NCBI GenBank assembly: GCA_976551045.1
Contig: CDPCPM010000026.1
Location: 21,514,001 to 21,578,000 of the forward strand
DNA: 64,000 nucleotides
From: Glaucostegus cemiculus
Taxonomy: Eukaryota
Reading direction: 5' to 3'
Shown: in pieces, positions 14,299 to 27,769 of the stretch
Layout of the letters: each line of letters begins with the position of its first letter
Numbering within the stretch: the first letter of the stretch is position 1
The notes under the pieces: generated by a model
Databases searched by the model: none
Told to the model about the DNA's origin: nothing
Seen by the model: only the letters and a program-made list of their open reading frames with translations
Position numbers and translations under genes: made by a program

Positions 14299-16282
14299 AC
14301 ATCTTTCCGCCAGGTTATGGTTAAAGTGTTTAAAACAGTAACTTACTATTCAAATATCAAAAACTAATTGTCAAATCAAGTAGTACATTATATGTTTGCA
14401 CTATTTTTTGCCTATAGTTTTCAAAGTAATGTGTTCACGTATGTACACAGATTCATATTTGTCTTAATCATGTTTCTTCATAATTGTATCAATGCGTCCC
14501 ATGCCTAATAACAAGTAAGATAGTTCATCAAATATATACTAATACCTTCCCATTCATGACTGCTTAAATATATAATGTGGAAACCACAATGTCTCCCTAG
14601 CAAGATGAATCCCTAAAGCACTACTGTTATTGCTGCTATACGTCATGAAGTCTGGTAATCAAACCACGGTGCAGCTTTTACCAATTTCAACCATTTCTAC
14701 CCCACACACCCAAAGAACCTTTCCTCAGTAAGGAAAGTTGGGTGGCCTTCAGCCACTGCAATTTGATTCATTTTTATTATTGCAGTCTGCCTGCTGTGTC
14801 ACATATTTATCGAATGAGATCTCCCCTCAATTGCTGTTATTTGAACAACACAAGCTGAAATTAAAAACCGCCAAAATTTTTTAACAGAAAACATTAAAAG
14901 GAGCTATTTTTCCCCTATGGCATTTCTGAAAAATTGTTCTATTTATAAAAAGAGAATTAAAGCCCAATCAGAAAAGATGACTAGTTAGCACTCACTGAAG
15001 ATAGCATCAATTTTAGTGTAATAATTTAGGGTACAAGTCAAAAATTATGTATTGTGCAATTTAAAAGAAACTCGGTCTTTGCAGTCTAATGGCAAAGTAG
15101 CACATTTTAAAGTAATTAAATGCAAAAGCTTGCTTTTAGAAGACTAATATTTCTTTGGGAAATTCATTTATCTTTTATCATAGCTCCCTTGATATTACAG
15201 TTGAAGGCATCGGAATGGATATTTGGAATAGTGAAGATGAACATGGAAAGACATATGGATTAGAATTCTCAGCTGACACCATTTTCCAACCTTCTTCCTG
15301 TCCCAACAAAGAAAGCTTTGAGGAAACTTGGCTTTGTTTTTTAAACCATTCAAAGGCTTCTCATTCCTGACATTCAAAGCTGCAACAATGACTTTGTGTG
15401 TTAGACAAAGATGGCTGCCAAAGTTTTTGCAAAGATTAGCATAAAGTGTTGAAATGATACCTCCGCCGTGAAGTTCTGTTAAAAAATTAAATTCGTTTTT
15501 AAAATCTCATAGGGGCAAAAGGCTTGCTTATAGCCCATTTAAAAGAAATTATAAAAATGTAAATATTCTTTTTTAAAACTTCCTGCGATTAAAAATAAAG
15601 AATTTGCAGTAATATTCTGTCTTTAGGAAGTAACTGAAACCTCATTTATACATGCACGGGATCATGGCAAAATTTCTACAAAGAAGCACAGAATTATTTG
15701 CTAAATAATATTCTGATTTTGAAGGACTGACCAGAGAATTAAGACATGTGACAGTTTGAGAGAAAGGACAGTTCAATTTTACATTTAAAGCCCAAACTAA
15801 AATAAGTAATTATACTGAGGTCCTAATATAGAAATACTAGGCCCATGTCAAAGACAAAGGACTCTTTAGAACAAAATGGGATAATTCCATTTACTTTTCT
15901 GTTACCCATTTGCCCACAAATTATTTTCTCACTTGTGCATACAGATAGACACTGGAATATCATTAGGTAAGTTGCTTGCTGCATCATTTCAAAGAAGATA
16001 CAGTAAATGTTAAGAAATATAAAGATAGTGTGCTTTGGAACAACAACTTAGCATTCTCTGCAGTGTTTTGTGACTTATGATCTGCAGTTTCACATTTTTT
16101 GGGTGATGGTGGACAGAATCCAGCTCTTCACATTTCAAACCTCATTGCTTATTTGGCTGTTATATAGAAGGAAAATAAACATGATGCACAAATCAAGGAG
16201 TAACCAGCGCAACCTACTCGCCCTACCCATTATGTACACCATGTTACCCAAAAGACTACAAGGTACTCCTGAGCTCCATCTA

Positions 16283-16318
16283 CCACCCACCTACAGCCAC
16301 CCACCCACCTACAGCCAC
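16283..16318. repeat. Perfect 18-bp tandem duplication
   Basis: ccacccacctacagccac twice. Confidence 0.9.
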
Positions 16319-16400
16319 CTACTTCCCAGTATTCTCTGGTATATTATTGCATCCATCACTCTAGCTGACATAAAGGAGGTTACTGCTAACTTCACTGGGA

Positions 16401-16857
16401 AATTTACCAGAATGCTGCCTGGATTAGAGAGTATGGATGATGAGGAGAGACCAAAGGAGCTGGGGCTTTACTCATTGGAGAGGAGGATGAGGGGAGACAT
16501 GATAGGGGCATACAAAATATTAAGAGGAATAGAGTGGACAGCCAATGCCTCTTTCCCAGGGCACCAATGCTCAATACAAGAGGGCATGGCTTTAAGGTAA
16601 TGGATGGGAAGTTCAAGGGAGATGTCAGAGGGAGATTTTTCACCCAGAGAGTGGTTGGTGCATGGAAATGCACTGCTTGGGGTGGTGGTGGAGGCTGATA
16701 CATTGGACAAGTTCAAGAGATTGTTAGATAAGAATATGGAGGAATTTAAGATAGAGGGATATGTGGGAGGAAGGGGTTAAATAGTCTTAGGTGTGGTTTG
16801 AAGGTCAGCACAACATGGTGGGCTGAGGGGCCTGTATTGTGCTGTATTGTTCTATGG
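16401..16857 (+). mobile_element. 5'-truncated CR1 LINE (ORF2 C-terminus and 3' UTR)
   Basis: FTRMLPGLESMDDEERPKELGLYSLERRMRGDMIGAYKILRG, then frameshifted FFTQRVVGAW. Tail gggctgaggggcctgtattgtgctgtattgttctatg. Confidence 0.9.
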
Positions 16858-17369
16858 AATATGGCTCCCTGAATATTTAACATAGAGTACGAAACATGTC
16901 AAACTATAAAACCTTTAATTTTTCAATTGATATTAAGAATACAGCTCTATTAAACTTCTATTTTAATTCACCCCTGTTTTATAGTCAATATTTTAATGCA
17001 GGAAGGGTGAAACATTTTCCTCACAGTTGTATTTATAATTGGGAGGGTAAGAAAAGAAAACAAATGTATCTCCCTGAATTAAACACAAATTACAAGTGGA
17101 ATTTTAACCCCTCTTTCCTGATATAAACTAAGCAGGGGGCCTGCTAATTATCACAGAACATTCAGAAAGTCAAACAGCATCAATGAAGAAAGCAATCGAG
17201 TTACCACTAAAGGTCAATGACTTTTGAGTGGGGTTGTTAAAATAAAGCAGTATACTTGCCCAGTCGTTTGCCACCTCCTTTAAACATAAAAACTGGGTTC
17301 CAAGATTGCTACTGCGATACAAGGCCATGACCTGAGATGGGGAGCAATAGTGAGTTTCCAATGTGGCAA

Positions 17370-17700
17370 AAGGTTGATAGTTCAGGTTGAGACCCTGCAT
17401 CAGGACTGAGAGGGAAGAGAGAAGATTGCCTGTATTTGCAGTACAAGGGGAGTGGGATGGGATGGAGACTGGTAGGTGATAGATGGAGCGAGATGGGGAG
17501 GGGGATGGAACCAGGCAGCAATGGGGTGGGGGGGATGGTGGGGGGGTGCGGGGTAACAGGAGGAATGAACAAGTGGACAAGAAACTAGGTGGACAGATGA
17601 ATGTGTGTGGGAGGAGAATGCGAGGGGTGTGGGTTACCTGAAATTAGAAATTTTTATATTTATCCAATTGGGTTGTAAGCCCAATGCAGAACATCTCTGA
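17370..17700 (-). mobile_element. Penelope-like element 3' end
   Basis: Minus strand encodes LQPNWINIKISNFR* (end of the PLE ORF), followed by a pyrimidine-rich UTR and cctgatgcagggtctcaacctgaac. Confidence 0.7.
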
Positions 17701-17737
17701 ATTTCACAAGGAAATCTTGCAACTCTTCGTCATGGAG

Positions 17738-18096
17738 CTATAGAGAGATACAGCACAGAAGCAGGCCCTGCAGCTCATCGAGTTCATACCAACTATCAAC
17801 TGCCCACTTTTACATGAATCATACTCTAACCCTGGCTTATATTCACCACATCCCCATCAAATGCCATCACCCACCCCAGATTCTATCATTCATCCACACA
17901 CTAGGGGGAAACTTAGTGGTCAATTAACCTATCAACATTTTTGGGATGTGGGAGAAAACCAGAGCACATGAAGAAACCCACGCAGTCCCAGGGAGAACAT
18001 GCAAAATCCACATACATAGCACCAGAGGTCAAAATTGAACTCAGGTCACTGGAGCTGTGAGGCAGCAGCTCTACGAGCTGTGCCATTGAGCTGCCT
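17738..18096 (-). mobile_element. tRNA-derived V-SINE
   Basis: Reverse-complemented V-domain (tgtgggagaaaaccagagcac...gaaacccacgcagtc), B-box region attgaactcagg, tail tacagcacagaagcaggccc. Confidence 0.85.
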
Positions 18097-18594
18097 GCTT
18101 TCTTGTCAGACCTCTCATCTGATACATACCAGGGCTGGGACCATGTGCTCTAGACAGTCACCTCCTGCTGCCCAGTTTTACAGCCAGGCAGCCACAGGCT
18201 ATTTCTTCAGTCAGTTCATGTGCTGAGGCAATGCTGATGTTACTTGGCTGATAACATCTGTTGGGTGTCCCTGTTGGTGCCCTTGAACTGGTTGACTGGC
18301 TACTAGATCGAGTGCCTGCCTAGGATTTTAAACTGACGCCAACATATATTTTGTTTTAATACAAGAATAATCACATTACAACAAACCTTTTACATAACAG
18401 TAGGGAGGAAATTAGTCATCTTAAAGATAAAACTGGTTGCATAACTAGTGACAGAGGAAACTAATTGAATTGCTTAATGTTTATTTTTTTAGAAATATTT
18501 ACTGAGAAGGAAAATGCTTATTTACTATCCAAATATTATGATATATTGAACGTCACAGATTTTATTGCAAGTGGATACTTTACAAGGTAAAAGA

Positions 18595-18695
18595 AGACTT
18601 GAAAACTAGCAAGTCTCCTGAGCCAGGAAGAATCTATCAGAGGGAGATGGGGGAGACAATTGTAGAACTAGAATGGCATTGGAAAATTTATCAAG
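18595..18695 (+). mobile_element. Short decayed CR1 RT-region fragment
   Basis: LKTSKSPEPGRIYQR resembles the CR1 motif KSPGPDGIYPR. Confidence 0.45.
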
Positions 18696-18699
18696 TACA

Positions 18700-18870
18700 C
18701 TATAAAAACAGAGGATGTTGTAAATATTCAGCATCAGACATACCTGTGCAGAGAGAAACAGTGTTAACTCATGACCATTCATCAGAATTATTTCTCTCCT
18801 CATATGCTGCCTGACCTGCTAATTATTACTAGTATTTTAGTCTTTTATTTCATACTTCCACACCTGCACT
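18700..18870. mobile_element. Decayed fold-back PLE terminal element
   Basis: Left arm aaatattcagcatcag...ctgtgcagagagaaac. Right arm tttctctcctcatatgctgcctgacctgctaattatt, in inverted orientation. Confidence 0.65.
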
Positions 18871-21800
18871 ATTCCAGTTTCACGTCAATCGCTGCGGTGA
18901 TATTTTGCAAACAAACAAAGCAGATTTAAAAATGTGGTAAATCTGATTCAACAAGAATAAATCCCTTGGTCTTGCATTAATTCTGAGGAAGACAATGGAA
19001 ACAAAGGACTGTTCAAGGGGCACATCTGCTGCAAAAGCTTAACAACAGTCACAATTAATTTCTCCTCACTTGCTTTGAAGATATTATAAAGAAAACAGTC
19101 AATGAAATCCCGATGGTTCACTTGGATGTAACGGTCTTTTGAGAAGATCCCACATGAAAGGCTAATAATTAATTTAAAATCCATGTGAATGTAGGGTAGA
19201 GTGCAGACCTAGATAAGGAACTATTTGAATGGGAAATGGAGAGTTTGTGTGAGAGGAATAAATATCAATTTTACAAAATCACACTTCCATTTCCAAATAG
19301 GAAATGCCTTGGCAAGTTCACTTCCTGAAGCTCTGGTATATTACAGATGGATCCTTAATGTGTGTGCCCAGCATGTGATACCATCAGTCCAGCATCTCCT
19401 GTAGTGTCAGCTTTGGTCAGAGCAAAGTGACACAGGAATCAGTGCTTGAAACTATTTTTCATCCACATGAACTCCTCGTTTGCTGAGAATATGTGCAAGC
19501 TTGTTAACTTTGCAAAGAGCATTTAAACAATGGAGAAAATGAGGATTTACAAATCCAGTAGTATTAGTGGCAAATTAAACGCAATATATATAAATAATAA
19601 GAATTAGTAGAAAATGCAAATTGAGTACTGGAATGTAATGATCAGCACACAATTAACACAAAAAGAAGCTAAGGGCCCTGGAAGAACACTATTGATGCCA
19701 CAACATATGATAAAGTAAATAGGATATTTAGATAAACAGAAATAGAATATAAACCTAGCATCTGGTTCAGTAGTTTTTAATACATCAGGCAGATCCACTT
19801 GAAATATTTGACAAGGGATTTCATCCACTTAATGGCGTGCTTAAAAGTCATTGCATTTAGATCCAATGGCGAATCTGCACATCCACAAAAATTAGTACAA
19901 CTGTCCAGACAATGTGACATGCCCTTAGAAATCTGTGTCATTTCAGTGAATCTGCTGACACATTGCTGCACACCAATCACAGGGCAGTGTCAGCACTTAA
20001 AGGCACAGTTCAAAACGGTCATCAAAGAGCATCAACCCACATAATGGCAGCCATAAAGGGATGAGTTGGAAAGAAGGGGGGGGGGGATGTGGTGTGGTGT
20101 GGTGCAGAAAGCACAAGAGAGGGAAGGAAGGAGCAAAGAGAAGGTGCAGTGCTGGAAGACAGGGAGGGAAGATGATAGATGGAGGGAAGTGGGGGTTTAA
20201 AAATGTTTTTTATTGATTGTTAAATAGGAATATTATTAAATGTTATGCTTTTTAGTAGTTTTTAAATTTTTTATTGGCTTTTCCATTTGTTTATGTTTTT
20301 CAGCGGGGGTTTGCGCAGGGCTTGATTTGAGCCCCCCAAGTGACCCCATTATATCGCTAGAAGCCCTGCCACCACAGAGATCCAAAGTCAACTGGGCCAG
20401 TGAGATTAGCCTCCCGGATTTGGAGAAGCAGGATCGAGGGAATGGGGAGAGTGAAGGCAGTAAGTACAAGCAACAGGTCTGACTCAGGAAGATCCAAAGC
20501 AGTGACATGCAAGTACCAATTGCTTGTGTCGCACCCTTACACCAACTTCCATTTACAGCAATCCTTTAAGATGAACAGATCCCAATCAAGGAAAGGCAAG
20601 GGTGACCAAAAGCTTGTCTGGAACAAGTATATTTCAATGCAGTTTTTAAGAGGGAAGGCGGATCGATACAAGAGTTTCTAGGGCAGGGGTGGAAATTCAG
20701 TTACAGGCAAGCAACTGAATATAGGTGGGAAAATATGAAAATGTGTTCAGCTGCTGAGAAAGCAGATATTTAATTGACATTGGGCTATTTTAAAAAGTTC
20801 TGACCTGCTGAATGGTTTGAAATCATGTAGTTTGAGGAACTGTAACATGTTCCAAGAATTTAAGCCACTTGCTTTATTACAAGAAGTGAAAGGAACTTTC
20901 ACTTCTTGTAATAAATTCAAATATGTCCATGTAATTACCAAGTTCAGTCTTTATGAATTACTCAAACATCTTTTTTAAAGGATATTTAAAACTTTTTAAA
21001 GATTGTTGGATCCAATACTTTGCTGCTCAGATCAGCAATGCAGTCAAAAAATCAGCAAGAAAATAGTTTGAATTAAAAAGTAATAATGTCAGTCACTGCA
21101 CTGCTAATAGAATTAAGGTGATTGAAGCAATGCATTTTGGCTATGTTGTTTTAAGTCAGAAGTTACTCTAGCTCAAAGCTTCACCTGTGCATGGCAACAT
21201 TAGCATACGCTTGATGGACACTGGTTACGTGCCTGACCAAGTAGCTGATATACTAAATAGTCATTAAAATTTCCCAAGGGGGATTGGGGGTGGATGCAAA
21301 TCTCTTCCAAGGTTGAATTTAGAATTTTTCTATGGGAACCAAACAGTAATTCCAGGAATTGTCAGCTGGGAACTCCTGGCAGGAGCTGAGAGTAGGAGTA
21401 GGGCTAGAAATGACTTTTAATTTATGCCACAACGAAACAGAAACAGTACTTTTAAGGCTTAGCTTGAGGAGGAGTTAAATTTAATTTTGCCAACAGACAA
21501 CTTACAGGAGTTGCTGTAGGAAGCGTAATTGGCTCTTAGACTTGTTCTCCATTTGAATTTAGTACTTACTGTATATATTAGTGGGAGGTGGGAAGAAATA
21601 TTTCAACAACCATTATTTTCAAGCAGTTTGTACTTTTAAGAGCACAGCTATTTGTCCAGAACTTATTGTAAAAGGCACTTACCTTCATTTTGAAAGCGCA
21701 GAGTCTTGGCTCTCCCTCATGACAGTGTTAAGATTGAGCTTCTTGATCTAGTGCATGGGAGACACCCTGTTCTAACACACCATAACAAACTTAAGTGCTT

Positions 21801-22454
21801 TCAATAACTATTCTTAATTTACATTGAAATTAACTGATATCCAGTGCAAATGGGTATTTGTTAAGTCTGCTATCACTTTCAATTCTTGACAGAGGTTGGA
21901 AAAGATTTCCTTTCCTCTATGCCCTTTATAAACTAGTTTACAATTTTGTTCTAGCTAGGACACAGGAAATCTTCCTCCATGGGCCTAGTTACACTAATTA
22001 AATTGCTCATGGTTCTCAGCAAATAGCATGTGCAATTTTAAAATACAGTGTAGAAGCTGTTTAGCTGCACAGCTTTGAATGCTTTACAAGAAGAATCTGG
22101 GGGAGGCTGGTCAATTCATTTTTTTTAACGAAGTTAATACCATCCTAACAAATTATCGGGAATGCATAGCCACAACTCAATTTCTGGGAAAGTGATTTAC
22201 TTTCCAGACCATTCATTTTGGTAAAAAAATACAAGCACACTCTTGTTTCTCATTAAGCAAAGAATCTAATTCTTCGGTAACCTTCTCTTTGGTGTACTTG
22301 TTCTATGTTAAATACAGCAAAGTGTAATTTTTAGCAAAAGTTCTGTCATTGGCAAAAGCAGTTTGCTCAGTGAATAAAATACCCTCAATTATGGAAATGA
22401 TATATTTTACAAAGTTGGCAGAGCCCTTGGCCATATCTCATCTATTTCCCACAC

Positions 22455-23180
22455 CTCTGCTCTCATCCCCTCTCCTCCTGGACAGAGCAGAAACAGAGTT
22501 TGGATTCTCAGGTTCCACCCTACCAGCCTCCATGTTCAGAGGATCATCCTCTGCAGCTTCTACTGACTTAATGAGGTTCACCACCAGACCTCTTCCCCTC
22601 CCCTGTCAGCATTCCAAAGAGAATACACTGCTTACCACTCCCTGGTCTACTCTTCCGTCCCCACCTACCATTCCCCTTCTTACATCATCACTTTCCCATA
22701 CAACAGCAGAAGATGCAACACCTGTCCTTTTATTTCTTGCCTTCCCACAATCCAAAGACTCAAACTATCCTTCCAGCTGAAGCAGTGGTTCACTTGCACT
22801 TCTTCCAATCCAATGTACTGTATTCAGTGATCACAATGTTGTGTCCTCTACACTGGGGAAATCAAACTCAGACTTGGTGACTGCTTTTCATCTGCAGAGT
22901 GATGCATGGCCTGGTCACTGTAATTCCCCTTCCCACTCCCACTCTGACCTCTCCATCAGTGGCCTCCTGGACTGTTATAACAACGTGAGCTTGAGGAACT
23001 GCATCTCATCATCAGTCTGGGCACACTGTAGCCTTCCTGACTCAGTAAGGAATTGAACAGTTTCTAGTAATTCCTCACTGTTTGCACCAGAACTTGCCAG
23101 TTCCACGGTGGCTAAATTGTGTTTTCCCCATAAATGCTGACTGACCAGCCGAGTGTTTCCAGCATCTGCAATTTTCTATT
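22455..23180 (+). mobile_element. Penelope-like retroelement: GIY-YIG endonuclease region and terminal repeat (pseudogenised)
   Basis: From 22771 translates FQLKQWFTCTSSNPMYCIQ*SQCCVLYTGEIKLRLGDCF (decayed VYCIxCxxCxxLYIGET), then HCNSPSHSHSDLSISGLL. Ends in atgctgactgaccagccgagtgtttccagcat. Confidence 0.85.
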
Positions 23181-23258
23181 TAATATGGATTGAGTAACTT
23201 GAGTTACACTCCTGTGATAATGTTATTCACTAAATATTATCAATTTTCAGAGGGACAA

Positions 23259-23567
23259 ATAAGACAAGTTATATTTATTTATTAGCCACATGTACATCAA
23301 AACACACAGTGAATTGCAACTTTTTGTGTTCATGAGAATGTGCTGGGGGCAGCCCGCAAGCGTCACCACGCTTCTTGTGCCAACATAGCATGCCCACAAC
23401 TTCCTAACATATACACCTTTGAAATGTGGGAGGAAACTGGAGCACCCAGAGGAAACCCACACAGACGCAGAGAGAACGTACAAACTCCTTACAGATAGCA
23501 GAGGAACTGAGCTCAGGTTGTTGGTGTTGTAATAGCGTTATGCCAACCACTACACTACCGTGCCACC
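23259..23567 (-). mobile_element. Younger tRNA-derived V-SINE, full length
   Basis: Reverse complement of 23965-24251. Head ggtggcacggtagtgtagtggttggc, V-domain, tail gatgtacatgtggctaataaa. Confidence 0.92.
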
Positions 23568-23964
23568 TGTAGCACACAATATTGTTTTCTTTTAAAACTC
23601 ACACAAATAGATAGAAGAAACTGCTTAAAAACATCTTCTCCCTGCCAGGAGGATATTTATTCTGGGCTAAGCTTCTATTCTTGTCATGTCTGTTCAACTG
23701 ACATGCAGCTGTGGCCCTAGATGAGTGAGTGGAGCATCCGACTAATCCAGAGCTGTGCTGGTGAGACTGGATTATCCCAGGACTTCCCAACAATTGGTAC
23801 ACCACAAACAACATGGTCTAGATTCCCCTGTGATGCTCCTAAACGCAAGCAGTAAGGGGAATGACATCATCCTTGTGGGTTGAAAATTGCAACAATTTTG
23901 CAGAGCTAAGGCTAAGAAGTGCAATTCTTGCACACTGCTAATGCTTTATGGTGATTATACTTAC

Positions 23965-24251
23965 GGGGGCATGGTAGTGTAGCGGTTAGCGTAACACTTT
24001 ACAGTGCCAGTGACCCAGGTTCAAATCTGGCCACTGCCTGTAAGGAGATTATACGTTCTCCGTGTGTCTGCATGTGTTTCTTCCAGGTGCTCTGGTTTCC
24101 TCCCACATTCCAAAGATGTATGGGTTAGGAAGTTGTGGGCATGCTATGTTGGCGCCAGAAGCATGGCAACACTTGCGGGCTGCCCCCAGAACATTCTACA
24201 CAAAAAGATGTATTTCAATGTACATGTGACTAATAATGATATCTATCTTAT
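23965..24251 (+). mobile_element. Younger tRNA-derived V-SINE, full length
   Basis: A-box region tggtagtgtagcgg, B-box ggttcaaatc (24018-24027), V-domain tttcttccaggtgctctggtttcctcccaca, tail tacatgtgactaataatgatatctatctta. Confidence 0.92.
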
Positions 24252-24799
24252 GTTTTTTTAAATTTAGTATAGGAATGCAAGGTAGAGATTATTCCATTTG
24301 GAGGATCCCTGCCAGTGAAGACTTTCTCGGCCAGTTTTGGATTCTACTTTTATAATTCACTGGTGCAGACACAATCTAATTGCTTTGCTGCACGCTTACT
24401 TGGGGTCGGTGGGGAGTTGCTATATTGCTTGAGGTGGAAGGTAGATGTCAGTGCAGGTGACTCCGGTGCTACGGCTGTTCAGGTTACAGAAATTTGTCTT
24501 TATGGAATTCACAAATCACTGCCCAAATATTTGAGATATGGAATAGAATTCACTTTCACAGAATCTGTGTGAAGGAAAAGGAAATAAATCAACAGTAAAG
24601 TAATTTTGTTTATCAATTTGCATTTCTTGACACATGCACTGATAACACTGTTTTACAGAAAATTGCCCTACAGCCTGATTTCCAGGAACACACCACCTGT
24701 CCCCCCCCCCACCCCCAGAACACAGGGTCACAAGGTTCATCTGTATGGGGAACAGTTGGTGGGTGAAGAATCCATGCCATTCTTCACTCTGGCCAGCAT

Positions 24800-25395
24800 C
24801 AAACCTTGACCTCCTATTTGATCTCAAAATAAGCTCTGACCCTCATCTGCTCCATCACAAAGACCATCTGCATCTCCCTCTTCAACAATACCTTGATCCT
24901 CTGCTGCTAAAACTCTCATCCTTACTTTCATTACCTCTAGACTGAATCACTCCAGTGCTCTACAGACTGACTTCTCATTTCACAACTTCTGTAAAAACTC
25001 TGCTGCCATTACACTGACCCATTGTCCATTTGCTCATCTTCAGTGACCTGCACTGGCTCCAAAGACCACCAACAGGTTGATTTTATAATTTTCACCCTTG
25101 TTTTCAATTTCCCCAATGATGTTTATCACTATAAATTCTCCCTGCTGACCTCCAGTAATTCTGAACTCATCCAGTACTGGTCCACTTTAATTGATCCACT
25201 GATGTGCATACAGCTCTCTGGGTCCTGAAATTCTCTTCATCTACTTCTCGGTCCTCCTTCACGAGACTATTGCTTAGACCATCTCCTAATATGTTCACAT
25301 GTATCAGTTTTAAATTGCGGTCCCTACCATCACTGTGAAGTGCATTGGGATGTTTTTCCAATGTTGAAAGTGCTATAATTCAAAGTGTTGCTGTG
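24800..25395 (+). mobile_element. Decayed L2 LINE 3' region
   Basis: Motifs acctctagactga (TSRL), gacctgcactggctcc (DLHWL), ttttataattttcacccttgttttcaa. Tail ctgtgaagtgcattgggatg...gtgctataattcaaagtgttgctg. Confidence 0.7.
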
Positions 25396-26977
25396 CTATG
25401 TGAGGATAAAAAGTTTGCCTTTTAACATTGGCTATTTCAAAAACACCTTTACTTAATGTTTAGGGTAATGATAAACTAAAAAATTCTGGTCCTGTAAGTA
25501 GAACCTGAAGAGCACAGCCCAACCCCACTCCCACAAAAACCTCCTTGATACCATTAAGATAAATGTTAACACTAGTCACCCTGAACCATTAATTACACAT
25601 TATAATAGGTATGACGCAATGTCCTTTTGATGCCAAATAATTAATTTAAACACTAACTCAGTATATTAGGTTATTAAATCAGCATAAATTTATTAAGATA
25701 CAGAAGGAGTTAAAGTAATGAAGATAAAGTGATGAAAGTGTTAATGAAGCACACAATCAATCTGTGCACCCTCTAAACATTACTCATGATACTTGATTCT
25801 TCCGAAGAAATTACTTTGGTGCTGACCCATAAATCCAGGCCATCTCTGTTTTAACAAACAAAAGACCTTTGGCTGCTTTATGGCAGAGCCCCAACCACAA
25901 GGAGTCTTGAGTTCTAACTGAAATCATAATCATTATGAGGAAGGAAATTAAACATAATATCAGTGGAGAATATTTTCATAGCAGAAACCTTTTGAGGCCC
26001 ATTCCAGGCCAACTCTGCCAGCAGTGCTCACTAATGTTTTTGTCCTCTGATGGGGTTTGGTTCATTATCAAATTAATCAAATCAAGATGCCTAGGGAATG
26101 TGCATCAGTACTCCCTGTATGTTACAGTGAACTTCTTCTGCACAGACATCACCCTTACGTGCAGAATTATTAAAAAGGCAATATCTGACCTCTGTGGTAA
26201 AATATTTTTAAAACCCCCAAAAGCAACAATATGAATAAAATATTATTAAAAAGGACACACTAGCAATTACATATTTATTACAGTGTTTCAGGGAAACCCC
26301 TAAAAGGATTGTGAGTAAAGTATTTATGCAAGTACTCTGAAGACTACCTGTAAATTTTACAGTTTTAATTATTGTCTGCACAGAACTACTTTCAGATAAG
26401 GATAAGCTCAAATCCATGGTATAAAAAAATTATGAATAACAGTAAAAACTGCATGCAAATTAATGAAACAAAAAACAACCAACTGAAATGTATCAACTCT
26501 GTAAGTGTTAAATGATGCTAATTTACAAAAGAATCATTTTCAGTGGCAGTTATTACCCTTGAAGCATGCTGGTTAGCATTAGAAAACTTCATAGTTGTTC
26601 CTCAGATCTGTTGTTGATTGGTATAATTAATATTATTACCCTGTGCTTAGATTTTAACATTTCTCAGTTCTTAAAATTAGAGAACTAACCTCTCTCATGA
26701 TCAGAGAGTCCTTCTTAAGAATGCACCTTGACATCACAAGATGAATTGTCACTAATTACTGATTCAAATCATATGTGACTGGTTGCAAGAAACAAATTTC
26801 ATTTGAACAATGTTCAAGGCTGCACAAAATCAACAGGTTTTCAAATTATTCGCAATGATTAATTATGAGAGCTTTCCTTCAGAGCTGAAATGTTTAGCTG
26901 ACATTTGCCACTGGGTTTTATCAAATTCCCCAGGCAGAAACCAGGCAAATTACAGCTCTGCCACTTCAACTTTTTAG

Positions 26978-27070
26978 AATTTATTCATTCAGGATGTGGA
27001 TGTGACTGTCCATCCCTACTTGTCCTAAAACGAGCAGGCAGCTAAGATTCAACAACATGATTCGTCTGGC
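26978..27070 (-). mobile_element. Old SINE, 3' piece (continues at 27770-27945)
   Basis: tttattcattcaggatgtggatgtgactg...ccatccctacttgtcct...ggcagctaagattcaacaacat. Confidence 0.55.
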
Positions 27071-27122
27071 ATTGCCTGTCAGCAAATAAAATAGCTGATG
27101 TGTGTATATAGCACCACCTTAA

Positions 27123-27765
27123 ACAAATTCAGATATGGGCTGAGAAATGGCAGGTATCATTTATGCCACAGAAGTGCCAGCCAATGACCACCTCCATCAA
27201 GAGAATGTCTTATCTTCTACCCTTGACATTCAAATGCATTTTTATTGCCAGGTTCATCACGATTAGAAACTCATCTGGAATAGTCACATAAATAATGTGT
27301 CTCCAACAGCAGGTCAGAGGAAAGTTAGTTATCCTGTGGTGATGCCATGGCCTTTCCACCATCTACATGCCACGAGTCAGAGGCGTAAAAGAAAACCCTC
27401 CACTTGTCTGGATGAGTGCAGCTCGAACAATTCTCAAGCAGCTCAACGACACCTAGGACAAAGCATGCCATTTGTTTGGCACCCTGTTCATTACCCTAAA
27501 CATTCATTCCCTCCATGAATGTTGGTGAACAATGTTCACTATCTACAAAATCCAGATCATCATGATTTGGAAATATCACTGGTCCTTCATTGTTGCTGGA
27601 TCTAAATCATGGAACTCCTTACTTAAGAGGACTATGGGAGTAACTCTACCAGAAAGACTCCAGTGATTTGAGAAGGCAATTAACCACCAGCTTCTCAAGG
27701 GCATCTAGAGATTGGCAATAATTCCTGACCTTTCCAATGACACCAGATCTCAAAAATGAATTTAA
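27123..27765 (+). mobile_element. 5'-truncated CR1/L2-group LINE (RT C-terminus and 3' UTR), decayed
   Basis: IQIWAEKWQVSFMPQKCQPMT, later PLVWMSAARTILKQLNDT*DKACHLFG. Ends ggcaataa...aaatgaatttaaa. Confidence 0.75.
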
Positions 27766-27769
27766 ATAA

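Noticed and set aside
16070-16600. Longest ORF in the track (176 aa)
   Set aside because: Chance read-through from unique DNA and a tandem duplication into a CR1 fragment. Not a gene.
21683-21766. Perfect minus-strand donor AAG|GTAAGT at 21677-21685 as the possible next ZFHX3 exon
   Set aside because: Both nearby AG acceptors (65-nt and 84-nt exons) give in-frame stops in the required phase 1, the pyrimidine tract is weak, and the peptide is not ZFHX3-like.
23965-24040. tRNA-like A/B boxes here and in the other SINE heads
   Set aside because: They continue into the V-domain and LINE-type tail and form no full cloverleaf. These are SINE heads, not tRNA genes.
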